Shown here: positions 33,555 to 42,926 of the stretch, in pieces
Numbering within the stretch: position 1 is the first letter of the stretch
Layout of the letters: every line of letters starts with the position of its first letter
From: Schizochytrium sp. TIO01
Lineage: Eukaryota; Protista; Bigyra: Labyrinthulomycetes
Direction of reading: 5' to 3'
Assembly (NCBI GenBank): GCA_004764695.1
Contig: SMSO01000035.1
Span: 1,426,001-1,490,000 of the forward strand
DNA length: 64,000 bases
Position numbers and translations under genes: made by a program
Notes under the pieces: model-generated
Database searches by the model: none
The model's input: only the letters and a program-made list of their open reading frames with translations
Told to the model about the DNA's origin: nothing

Positions 33555-34796
33555 TTATTTGCCTGAGATCTTTACTGCGGTCGAAGACTTCAAACCAAGT
33601 TTTTGGAGAAGCTGTAGAGCCTCCTTTCTGCGTTTCTCTGGCATAGAATCTAAATGTTCAAGAAGTTTAGCGCGTTCTGCTGGCTGTTGAATCATTTGTC
33701 CAATGCCTACAAAAAGAAGGTTCACATCTTTCCACAAGTCTACTGGAAGCCACGATTGAAGCTGAATTCGTGTCTGCTCTGGGTTTTTGCTCTCCACCCA
33801 CTGCAATACATTGAGCATCCGATGCATGTGTGTATCTACACCAATACCTGCGTCATACTTTCCAAATGCAATGTGCAAAACAAGAAACCCCATCTTAGGA
33901 CCAACACCTGGTAAGGCCATTAATCCTTCAATCGTATCTGGTACTTTGCCTCCATGCTCACGCTGGATAATCTCAACTGCTGCCTTGATATGCTTGGTTT
34001 TGTTATTGTGGAATCCAACCTTTTGAATCATTTTATTGAGGGTATCTGCGTCAGTGGAAGCAATATTTTCTACAGAAAGCCCGTGTTTCTTCAAATTCGA
34101 CATTGCCTCTGCCACAACTTGATCCTTGGTTTGGCTTGATAACATAAGAGCCATGAGCGTATGAAATGGCATGTCTTCGTCGCTTGCGCCAAGTGCTTCT
34201 GCCCCCATGAAATCTACTGGCGCAGTCTTTTTTGAGCGGATCTCCTCAATAAGCCTCCAGTCGCTTCGCCAGGAAGCTGGAGGTACAAAGACTTTAGGCT
34301 CAGTTTTAGCGGCCTTGCGTTTCGTTGACTTCGTAGTCGTTGTACCAGCCTCCGATTTCGTGCGCTTTCGAGTTATCTTTGCGGCATCGGCATCGGCAAG
34401 GTCATCTGTATCAACAACTTCATCCTTGATCTTCTTTTTGGTGGCAGTAATTTTTTTCTTAGCGCTTGTTGCTGTTGTTGCGGCTGTTTTAGCGCTCGTC
34501 TGAGACTTTTCACTTTTCTTCGTTTTAGCAACAACCTTCTCGGATTTGACCTCTACTTCTTTCGGAGCTTCGGCCTTCAGATCGAGTTCAGACTTGACAG
34601 ACCTTCGTGTGACTCTTCTGGTCTCCGTGGTCATCGATCGGGTGGACCTTGCCTGAGGAATTTCAGGAGAGCTGACGGCTTCGCTAACCATCTGCCTCCT
34701 GTCAAACGTTAAGACTTTCGGTGAGACTAATTTCCTCAACCTTTGGTACTGTGGCAACCGTTGTTGGATTAACCTACGGCGTGCGACTGCGAGCAT
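33555..34796 (-). CDS. NTH1: Endonuclease III-like DNA glycosylase/AP lyase (HhH-GPD) lacking the [4Fe-4S] motif
   Basis: APVDFMG, LMLSSQTKD, VGFHNNK, HhH LPGVGPKM (catalytic Lys), IGVDTHMHR (catalytic Asp), PEQTRIQLQSWLP, NLLFVGIGQ. Lys-rich N-terminal extension. Confidence 0.93.
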   Translation of the reverse strand: MLAVARRRLIQQRLPQYQRLRKLVSPKVLTFDRRQMVSEAVSSPEIPQARSTRSMTTETRRVTRRSVKSELDLKAEAPKEVEVKSEKVVAKTKKSEKSQTSAKTAATTATSAKKKITATKKKIKDEVVDTDDLADADAAKITRKRTKSEAGTTTTKSTKRKAAKTEPKVFVPPASWRSDWRLIEEIRSKKTAPVDFMGAEALGASDEDMPFHTLMALMLSSQTKDQVVAEAMSNLKKHGLSVENIASTDADTLNKMIQKVGFHNNKTKHIKAAVEIIQREHGGKVPDTIEGLMALPGVGPKMGFLVLHIAFGKYDAGIGVDTHMHRMLNVLQWVESKNPEQTRIQLQSWLPVDLWKDVNLLFVGIGQMIQQPAERAKLLEHLDSMPEKRRKEALQLLQKLGLKSSTAVKISGK

Positions 34797-35578
34797 ATGC
34801 GTGCAGCCTCCGAAAGGTTGTTGTGAGCAATGAGCACGGAATATAAGCTTGCTTCTATAGTCTCAAAGCGATCTGCTTGTTTTGTCTCGGCTTCTTAGAA
34901 ACCAATAGAACGATAGCAATATTACTAGGACCGTCCTTATATTTTTACATTTATTTAATAAAAGACATCTCTAAAAATTCATACGTTTTGCTTTCCTCCA
35001 ATCTCCTTTTCTTTTCTTTCTAAAAAACGAAAGGAAAAGATTGTGGACTAACTAATCAAGCACAGTCCAGCCACGTTTCTTTCTCGTGTCGTTGCTGATA
35101 ACTATGTTTCATATGTTGAGAGAAAATTTAAGATATCTTCTTTCTGTATTCAATTAAACTCAAGAGATTTAAAGTAAGGAATTTGGAGGTTGCAGTAATA
35201 CTCAGGAAAGAAGTATGAGTTCTCGTGGGCGAGTGAGCCTTAATCTGTTATTTCTAGTTGTACCAAGTGTGTCTCTGCGTTCAATTTCGCGAATCCTACT
35301 GAACCGTACCCATATTTTGTTTCGCATTATTTTTCAATTGTATAAAGATTTTTGGAAAACGGACTACACAAATAAGATATTCACGTTGTTCATTTTCTTT
35401 TGAGTCACTAGAGATGGTTAAGCACCATGCTTTTCACGATATAAGCTGAGTTGGAAATCATAACGATAATTTGGTACAAAAAAAACTCTGATATTCATGC
35501 TTTCATTAGAAAAAAAGATGATATTTGCTTGAACCTCGAAGATGACGTGACTAACGAGTTGTAATTTACAAGTACAAC

Positions 35579-36250
35579 TTATGAAGACTTATCGATCGCG
35601 ACTTGACCCGGGTAGCGGTTCTCGAGTGCAGTGACGGCACCAGCTAGCAAGAGGCGAGCGTAGAATATGTGAAACTGTTTCAAAAGTCCCATGCCGAGAC
35701 GGTCGGTGCCATCAATAGCACTGCCATAGTACAACTGGTAGCCGTCATTCTCTTTCACAGAAGCAAACCAAGTCAGACCAACGCCACGTGGGTTCCACTC
35801 AAAGAGAGACTCGCATGCCTTAGGGCTATCAGTGCGCTCCATAAGTCGAAACATGCACACGCCATCGTGGTCAAAGTCATAGGTTTCTCTATCCTCAGGA
35901 AAGTCTTCAAAGTCGCACTCCTGGATGCTCTCAACTGTGGCTTCCGGAATATCAAAGCCAGTAACCTTGCGAACGAGTCCAAGAAGATTCCGCTCAGGAG
36001 TGAACACCCAGCTGCTAAAAAATGAACGAATGTACTCTGTGTGAACGGCGGTGTGCGGTACGCTCTCAAGGACATCAGGAGTCACCTTAACTTTGATGGT
36101 GAAACAATCTGCGTAAAGCCCAGAGGCCGGGAGGCCAGATTCTTCACTCCCTGCCTGCTGAGCTTCGTGCTCTCGCTCCACACGAATATTTAAGGCGCTG
36201 CGAGCAGGAGGCCCAGACTTGCGCTCGATGGTTTGGAAGGCTTGAAACAT
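35579..36250 (-). CDS. Hypothetical protein, DUF2867-like
   Basis: ATG at 36250, 223 aa. Motifs YADCF, FFSSWVFTPER, GLTW, YGSAI and FHIFYARLLLAGA resemble DUF2867-related proteins as I recall them. Confidence 0.6.
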   Translation of the reverse strand: MFQAFQTIERKSGPPARSALNIRVEREHEAQQAGSEESGLPASGLYADCFTIKVKVTPDVLESVPHTAVHTEYIRSFFSSWVFTPERNLLGLVRKVTGFDIPEATVESIQECDFEDFPEDRETYDFDHDGVCMFRLMERTDSPKACESLFEWNPRGVGLTWFASVKENDGYQLYYGSAIDGTDRLGMGLLKQFHIFYARLLLAGAVTALENRYPGQVAIDKSS

Positions 36251-38028
36251 TTTATGCAATTGCAAACTGATTCTTCAACTTCGCTTCTAGGGCCTCTGGT
36301 CAGGCTTTGGCTTCTTGCTGAGTCACCTGCTTTAGATGCTTACTACTTCTGCGATTTGCTGCGATCTACAAAGATGATTGTCATTCGTGGTCTGCTCGCC
36401 TTTCTGGAGGGAGGGAGACCTGTCTTCGTCTAAGTGTATCTCAATCTACTCGTGCTTATCAATTACAGCCATAGTAAGCAATACATCAGCAGTCCTAGTA
36501 TCAATCGAACTCAATTCTGACACAGAACTCCACCTGACGAGACAAGAAAACCATTGCAAAGCTAGTACGCAGGCGGAGCGTGTTGCGCGTTCGTGCAACA
36601 GACAGCATCGTCATCAGGATCAGCCCAAACGTGATCCTTCGGACGGGGAATAATGAACGAAGCAAAGATCATACCCAGCGTACCTTACCTAAGCACCTGC
36701 GTAGTAGTAGACCTCGCAATGCCAATTGTTAATTGAAGGCACTTTCTTTGCGATGCTACGATTCGTCATCGAGAAGCTTGAGCTAGAGCGGCGAGGCAAG
36801 TCAGAGTAGCACTAAAAGCTGCTGAGGAACTGGAAGGTCGGGCGGCGTCACTGGGAGAACTGTTGCGAATCGAGCTGAGTTGATAATCAAAGTAGGCGAG
36901 AAGAACTTGGGCGAAAGAACTCACTCACTCACCTGCAGAGTGCCGCGGAACTCCCTTCGAAATGTAAAAGCAGCGCATGAATCAAGTTACTAGGAACTAA
37001 GCCAATGCTCCTGCGCGTGGCGAAACGAACTTCAGCATAGCGACGATGTATTAGAGCAGAAGTTGACGTGTGCCCACTTAATGCAACAAGGAGGACAACG
37101 CCTGCAAGTGCAATACTTATAAAACCTATTTCCTAGGTACCTATATATCGATAACTCATGCTTTTGTTTATGATTTTGTGCATTTTTCTTCTTTCTAAGT
37201 GTATTTATAAAGGAATCGCTCCGATATTGCATGGACCTCTGTGCGGAGCGCTCGAAGTAGCAGCAGGATTGCGCTGGATCAAATCGCTGCGCTGAGGTCA
37301 CAGAAACAGCTTAACTTGAGACAAGTTCAGCTCCTCGCTTGGTTTTAGAAATCTCAACAAGTGTGAAGATGCCTAGTTAGCAAAGGTTAATGCGCTATAA
37401 CTGGCTGAAATGATGCCAATCGGATGGACGAAACGAGCGAGCGACCACCTTGTCGCAAAGTTGGGGTTGCTAATGAACGTCAACAACGATTGAGAATCGA
37501 TTAGTGTCTCTGCTGGACAGCATCATGAGCCAGACTGAAGGGCAGTTATGGATGTAACAAAGGATCACATCAAACTTCTTTTGTTAGAAACTGTAGAAGG
37601 CCGGGTGCTACCACAATGCTAAGAGTAAGATATATGAATAGATATTCTTCATAACGCAACAATGGCTCCAATTGACACCATGACACTGTTTGGTACTTTT
37701 CTCACTTTGAAGCACCAGATTGACCAAACTGGAGAAGAAAGGTTGCCACCATGAAGATGAGGATATCGAAATGTCAGAATGCAAAAGCTTTTAGTGTAAG
37801 TTCAACCGAAAGGGCGTGAAGGTTGTATTTAAGTTTGGGAGACCTCAGCTTAAGGAACTCGCACAAGGCCTTACCTTAAATGTTCAAGACCATGGAGGTA
37901 GGTTCTCATGGAACAAGGAGGGTTCTTCGGAAAGACATTTTTGATGCCGACATTGATCAATCGGTTCCAAAAACTAAAAATAATAACAGCTTTAGAAAGA
38001 TCAGAATATTTGTTCAGTAATCTAATCG

Positions 38029-41000
38029 CTAGAAAGCACAAGACCTTGCGGAGGAGTGATGTTCCCTGCCACTAGCCAGAAGAACAGGACCTCGCAGTGG
38101 CAAAGCCTTCTTCGCATCCACAGAAAGGCGTAACAGATACCGGATTCGTACCTGGTTAGTATTGTACACGACAAACTCGTTCGCATCGCATGAACTACGA
38201 ATCTCGTTCTTCTTGCATTTTCCAGTAGGAATTGTAATACCATCCACAGTGTGGAGATCAGCTTTAGGATCCGGAACAATAGAACCCATTGCATGAGTGG
38301 AATGTGTTCCAGGCCGTGGTCTCTCCATGTACTCGTCATGGTATGCCTCGTACTCGGTGCCAAGAGCCACCTCACAAGCCATTATCAACATCTCAGAGGA
38401 GCCTGAAGTACTGCAATAGTTGGCACTCTTGGAAACTGCATCTGCAAAGTAGACACCTTTGCCAAAGCGATAGCCTGAACACGGCGCTTCAGGCGGTGCA
38501 ATACGCAGCCCTTGTGAGAGAATTCCACAGTAGTTTGTTGTCCGGCTTCCGTGCCACAAAAGCTTGTGGTTATGAAGCTTTCCTCCTGCTTTGGCAAATT
38601 GATTAGTCTCGCCTTCACGAGATACTGCAAAAGCGTCAACCAACTTGAGGGCGCCCCAGCGATTGTTGCCCAGTGATTTGGTATTTCGAACCCATTGTCC
38701 AAGTCGTTTCCAATCAAGACCTCCAACCTCAAGAGGCTCGAGCTTGGTTCTAAGCAAATCATATTTTTCTTCGGCTTCAGATTTCGTGGATGTTGAGTTT
38801 TCGGTATCATTCAAAAACCGCGTTGCAACTTCCATGTCACGCAAGGCATCAACCAGTTCAACCTTTTTAGCTACCTTGTCTTCTGAATCAATGACTGCGA
38901 TTGAAACAGAGGGAATGATATGAAAGAACTTGTTCGAGAGAGTGAGAAGCTGCTGTTGCCTGTGAGTATGGTCTCTGGAGGGAGTGGTACCGCTTATGAC
39001 GTCTGAAATTTCTGACAATGTCTTGTAACCTTTGTCCACATGAGTAGTTGTAAGAGCGCCAAGAGGAAACTTTTGTAAATCGATCTCCATTTCTAACATC
39101 GCAGACTCCATCAGCTTCTTGTTGAATATCAGTTCGACTAGATCGACAACTCTAGAATGAAGCTTTGTATTTGTTGTATGAGTGGAAGATGCCTGGCATT
39201 GGCCATCGCTCGCAGCTGCAGCAACTTTATTAGAATCAAGGAATCGTGTTTCAACAAACTCAAACCTTCCAGGCATTTTTGTAAAATGACCCCGGGCATC
39301 CCAATCATTGCCAGTCTTCTCTGCAAAGAGTTGTTGGAAAGCCAAAATGGCATCACTTGCCGAATGGTACGTATCCAAGTAATGACTCCCGATCGTGGTT
39401 CCAGTACGGCCATGTTCACGGGCAACATAATACTTATTTCCATGCTGGATCACTTGCATTTTGTAGAAACTATTGCGCCCCCGAGCAATATTTACCTTTG
39501 ATAGCACCGCATGGAAGATAGATTTGCCACCCAAGTCTAGCACTCTTGCAGACTTTCCTAGTTGCTTACGTGCATGATGGTGCACGGCAACGCGTGCATC
39601 CTTAGGGATAATATCTTTTTCTTTGCCTTGCTGCTCCCACACACAACGGTGCAAAAGGACGCGTGCGCCTTCGGGATTGATTTTTTTTATTTTTTCTGTT
39701 TGTTTGTGTACAGAGTGGTGCACGGTGGCATGTACTTTCTGAAGAATGTTGCTTTTATCTGTACCTAGTTGCTTACGTGGATGATGGTGGACGGTGATGT
39801 TTGCTTCCTTAGGAGTCTTCCTTTTATCTCTGACCGTTTGCTTGCATGCATGGCGATTGACGGTTACGTGCAACTCCTTACGATTTAACTCTCCATCGTT
39901 GAAGTTGTTTTGTGACTTATTTTTGTGATTGGAATGAAAATAAGCACCACGTGGCACATTTGGATGATATTCCACGGGGTTGATTAGGACAGAACTCTCA
40001 TCGGACAGCTTGGTCAGAGCGTCTCGAACGATGCGTGCGCCGTATTTTAGAGCTGTCTTGATTTTCAGATTTGCACGCGAGAACTTGTTGGTTAAGAATG
40101 AAAAAAAGGACGTGATCCTTGAGTTCCAGCACCCTCCGTAAAACTTATTAAGGTTCTTGATCCCACCTAGTACACCTCTTGTGGCTTTTTGTCGACGATA
40201 ATATGAAAAGGTAGAACCTGAAGCTATCATTTGGCCCTGCAGTGATTTGTTGGCACGGAGCTTTATAACATTTAGCTTCTGAACGCGACATATAGCTTTT
40301 CTTTTGGGTTCTTCTGGACGACAATATGAATAAGTAGTACCTGAAAACATTTTTTGGCCTTGTAGCGATTTGCCAACATCAGGCCTTCCAAGGTTCTTAG
40401 CACTAACTATTGATCCTTTTGTAGTTTGTTCTGGACGATGATATGGATAAGTAGTACCTGAAAACATCTTTTGGCCTTGCAGCGATTTGCCAGCATCAGG
40501 CCTTCCGAGGTTCTTAGCACTAACTATTGATCCTTTTGTAGTTTGTTGTGGACGATGATATGGATAAGTAGTACCTGAAAGCATCTTTTGGCCATGTAGT
40601 AGTTTGCCAGCGGCAGGCTTTCGGACAGGAATTCGGGCTTTTTTGAACGCTGAATTGAGTCGCTGGATTGCTTTGTCAAATTTTGAAGACTCAAAAGTTT
40701 GATTATGGGCTTTCTCAAGAGGCTGAAATACGAAGGGAGTTGTTTTGAGGTCCTTTGGTGCAATCGTATAAGGACAATCGGAGTATTCAAGCACGGCCCC
40801 GCAATACCACTTGCCCATATCTTCACAAAATCGCAGCGGCCATTTAGAATGGCAATATGGGCAGGTTGGGGGAACGCCAAACTGAATGAGTTTGGCCACT
40901 CGAGGTATCAATGTTCGGGTTATTTCTCCTCCTTTCATGTACACCTTGTTTGCCTTGAGAAGATTTCGAAGCTGCGCTAAATTTACATGAGCAGAGAGTT

Positions 41001-41421
41001 CATCCCTAATTTGCCAAAACTCTTTACTTTGCATGGAGAATGGCGAAGGCCCCTCCTTGAAGCGCTTATGATTTGATTGACTATCATTCACGTCTATATT
41101 GCGTTTATTTTTACCTTTGCCTTTGGTTTTGGCATTGCTCTTGTTCCTTGAACCAGCTTTCTCAAGCTTCGCTTGAATACATTCTTGGTCTTGTGGGCGA
41201 AGTTCACCGAAGCCTTCCAGAATAGCAGAGCTTACTAAACCTCGAGGCTTCATGAAGAAGCAATTGAAATGATGCCAATGCGGATCCAGTCCGTCTCTAT
41301 ACGAGCATTGTACAAGCATAGCGAGGCGGAGGTCTCCTTGCGAAATCTTCTTCGAACATCCTCTGCATGTAGAACGACCACTTTTGGCATAATCAGTTTG
41401 GTATCTTTGACGAGATGCCAT
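38029..41421 (-). CDS. PARP1: Poly(ADP-ribose) polymerase, PARP1-like copy A (zf-PARP, PADR1, repeat-expanded BRCT region, WGR, regulatory, catalytic)
   Basis: YAKSGRSTCRGC...HWHHFNCF zinc finger; PADR1 CPYC...WYC...C; WGR-type FYKMQVI...EHGRTGT...FAEKTGNDW; regulatory DLQKFPLGAL; catalytic LLWHGSR, GLRIAPPEAP, FGKGVYFAD, SANYC, NEFVVYN (H-Y-E triad intact). Confidence 0.95.
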   Translation of the reverse strand: MASRQRYQTDYAKSGRSTCRGCSKKISQGDLRLAMLVQCSYRDGLDPHWHHFNCFFMKPRGLVSSAILEGFGELRPQDQECIQAKLEKAGSRNKSNAKTKGKGKNKRNIDVNDSQSNHKRFKEGPSPFSMQSKEFWQIRDELSAHVNLAQLRNLLKANKVYMKGGEITRTLIPRVAKLIQFGVPPTCPYCHSKWPLRFCEDMGKWYCGAVLEYSDCPYTIAPKDLKTTPFVFQPLEKAHNQTFESSKFDKAIQRLNSAFKKARIPVRKPAAGKLLHGQKMLSGTTYPYHRPQQTTKGSIVSAKNLGRPDAGKSLQGQKMFSGTTYPYHRPEQTTKGSIVSAKNLGRPDVGKSLQGQKMFSGTTYSYCRPEEPKRKAICRVQKLNVIKLRANKSLQGQMIASGSTFSYYRRQKATRGVLGGIKNLNKFYGGCWNSRITSFFSFLTNKFSRANLKIKTALKYGARIVRDALTKLSDESSVLINPVEYHPNVPRGAYFHSNHKNKSQNNFNDGELNRKELHVTVNRHACKQTVRDKRKTPKEANITVHHHPRKQLGTDKSNILQKVHATVHHSVHKQTEKIKKINPEGARVLLHRCVWEQQGKEKDIIPKDARVAVHHHARKQLGKSARVLDLGGKSIFHAVLSKVNIARGRNSFYKMQVIQHGNKYYVAREHGRTGTTIGSHYLDTYHSASDAILAFQQLFAEKTGNDWDARGHFTKMPGRFEFVETRFLDSNKVAAAASDGQCQASSTHTTNTKLHSRVVDLVELIFNKKLMESAMLEMEIDLQKFPLGALTTTHVDKGYKTLSEISDVISGTTPSRDHTHRQQQLLTLSNKFFHIIPSVSIAVIDSEDKVAKKVELVDALRDMEVATRFLNDTENSTSTKSEAEEKYDLLRTKLEPLEVGGLDWKRLGQWVRNTKSLGNNRWGALKLVDAFAVSREGETNQFAKAGGKLHNHKLLWHGSRTTNYCGILSQGLRIAPPEAPCSGYRFGKGVYFADAVSKSANYCSTSGSSEMLIMACEVALGTEYEAYHDEYMERPRPGTHSTHAMGSIVPDPKADLHTVDGITIPTGKCKKNEIRSSCDANEFVVYNTNQVRIRYLLRLSVDAKKALPLRGPVLLASGREHHSSARSCAF
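39555..39885 (-). repeat. Five degenerate 69-nt (23-aa) in-frame repeats in PARP copy A
   Basis: Units start at about 39561, 39630, 39699, 39768 and 39837 (spacing 69). They encode KELHVTVNRHACKQ, KEANITVHHHPRKQ, QKVHATVHHSVHKQ, EGARVLLHRCVWEQ and KDARVAVHHHARKQ. Confidence 0.9.
40140..40620 (-). repeat. Four 117-123-nt (39-41-aa) in-frame repeats in PARP copy A
   Basis: GTAGTACCTGAAA at 40334, 40451 and 40568 (spacing 117), plus a diverged copy at 40211. Unit GKSLQGQKMFSGTTYPYHRPEQTTKGSIVSAKNLGRPD. Confidence 0.93.
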
Positions 41422-41613
41422 CCTTGCGAGCGTGGTATTCGTTGTAGGTATGGCTGTTCTTTACAAGTTTGTGCACGCAGATACGTGGGGTACCCCCCTT
41501 GTTTGCGATTTCTCTCAGAAGGTGAAAGCTGATTTTTGTTGTCAGTACCTGATGCCCGAATTTATTATCTTATCACGTGATCCTTGAAGCCACTTGCTTT
41601 TTGGTTTTGTTAC

Positions 41614-41632
41614 TCTCACTGCCAATCAACAT
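41614..41632. promoter_or_regulatory. Conserved CCAAT-containing upstream block of PARP copy A (twin at 45996-46014 upstream of copy B)
   Basis: TCTCACTGCCAATCAACAT versus TCTCGCTGCCAATCAACAT, 18/19 identical, in otherwise diverged flanks. Confidence 0.55.
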
Positions 41633-42926
41633 CAACCCAAGATCCTCAGAGCCTCCTTTCTACATTGTTTCCATAGTGCACACCCAGGATTGCTGAGGCA
41701 AGTGCGCCCAGTCTTGTATTTTATAGGTTTGCTCAGTTTGGTTTATTTTAAAATTTCGTTTAAGTTATCAGAGCGATTTATTGGCGACACTGCCGTACCT
41801 TCTTTTTCTCGTAAACTAGTCCCAAAGAGGGAACCTGAGGGCTCAGAGAACTTTTTGAAACTGGAAGGAGATAAATTTTATTCACTCTCATAATTTAAAT
41901 GCTTATTATCAATCCTCTCAGTTGAAGAAAAACTAGCGTGAAAGCACACCGCACACTAGTCTGGCCAACTATAAACCATGGAGGGACTTCGGCATCTGGA
42001 TATACTACAGCAAATCGTCTATACTATAAGCTGAAATGATTCTAGTTAAATAAAAGAATGAATGGTCGATAGAAGCAGATTGTAAAGGCAGGCAGCAGAA
42101 AGAGATTGAAACACATCTCTCTATTTCATAAAAACAATTATTCATTATGTGATTCAGAGACTGCACGGGCATCTCCTTCATACTGGCACGGCTAAGTAGA
42201 TTATTGAGGGGGGAATATGTCCATGCACCTTGATATCACAAGTCGGACCTGGGCTGATCCAACATTTAAACTAGTTATTGGATAGTTCGTATCAACACCA
42301 CGGGTACAAACAAGTTGGCTGATAGCATGAACGAGACCATATTAACAGACTATGAAACTTTTCCTAGTAGCATGATATCCGAATTACCCTTTTACTACTA
42401 CCTAGTTATTAATCCAAGTCAAAGCCTACCGAGGAGCTTGGTGCATCTTTTTATATTTTAAAATTATATGGCATGTTCGCGTTAGAGTATTGAAACAAAT
42501 GCATCACAACAAAGCTTATGGACATCATCGCAATGAACAAGCAGCAAACTCATACTACTAATAGATAAAGACCACGGATATCACAGAGAAGTCTTCTGCA
42601 CAAGGCTCCTTGAAAGCTTGGTAGTTTTTAGTAAAGAACCATCAATGCTGATGACTCAAGAACGAATAAAATTATTTTTACTCGACTCAGTTGATGCCAT
42701 CTCAACGAAACTAGGGACTATAAAGTCCCAAAAATAATTGAATTACAACAACAGCCCAGAAACCCTTTCAAAGTCCTTCTTACCATAACTCGAGTCATTC
42801 AATATGTAGAAGGATCCTATACTGTTGTTGAGGCATGCACGATGATACGTATGGATAGCACAACGTTCGAAGATGAGGATCGCCCTTGACATGTGATAAG
42901 TTGAAATCAAATATTTGTTCAGTAAT

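Noticed and set aside
40140-40620. Regularly spaced repeats as a CRISPR array
   Set aside because: Whole units repeat in frame within a eukaryotic CDS; there are no unique spacers and no cas genes.
41970-42350. Faint kinase-like fragments (KEIETH...IIHY) between the PARP copies
   Set aside because: They need several frameshifts and lack recognisable DFG/APE motifs; too weak to call without a search.
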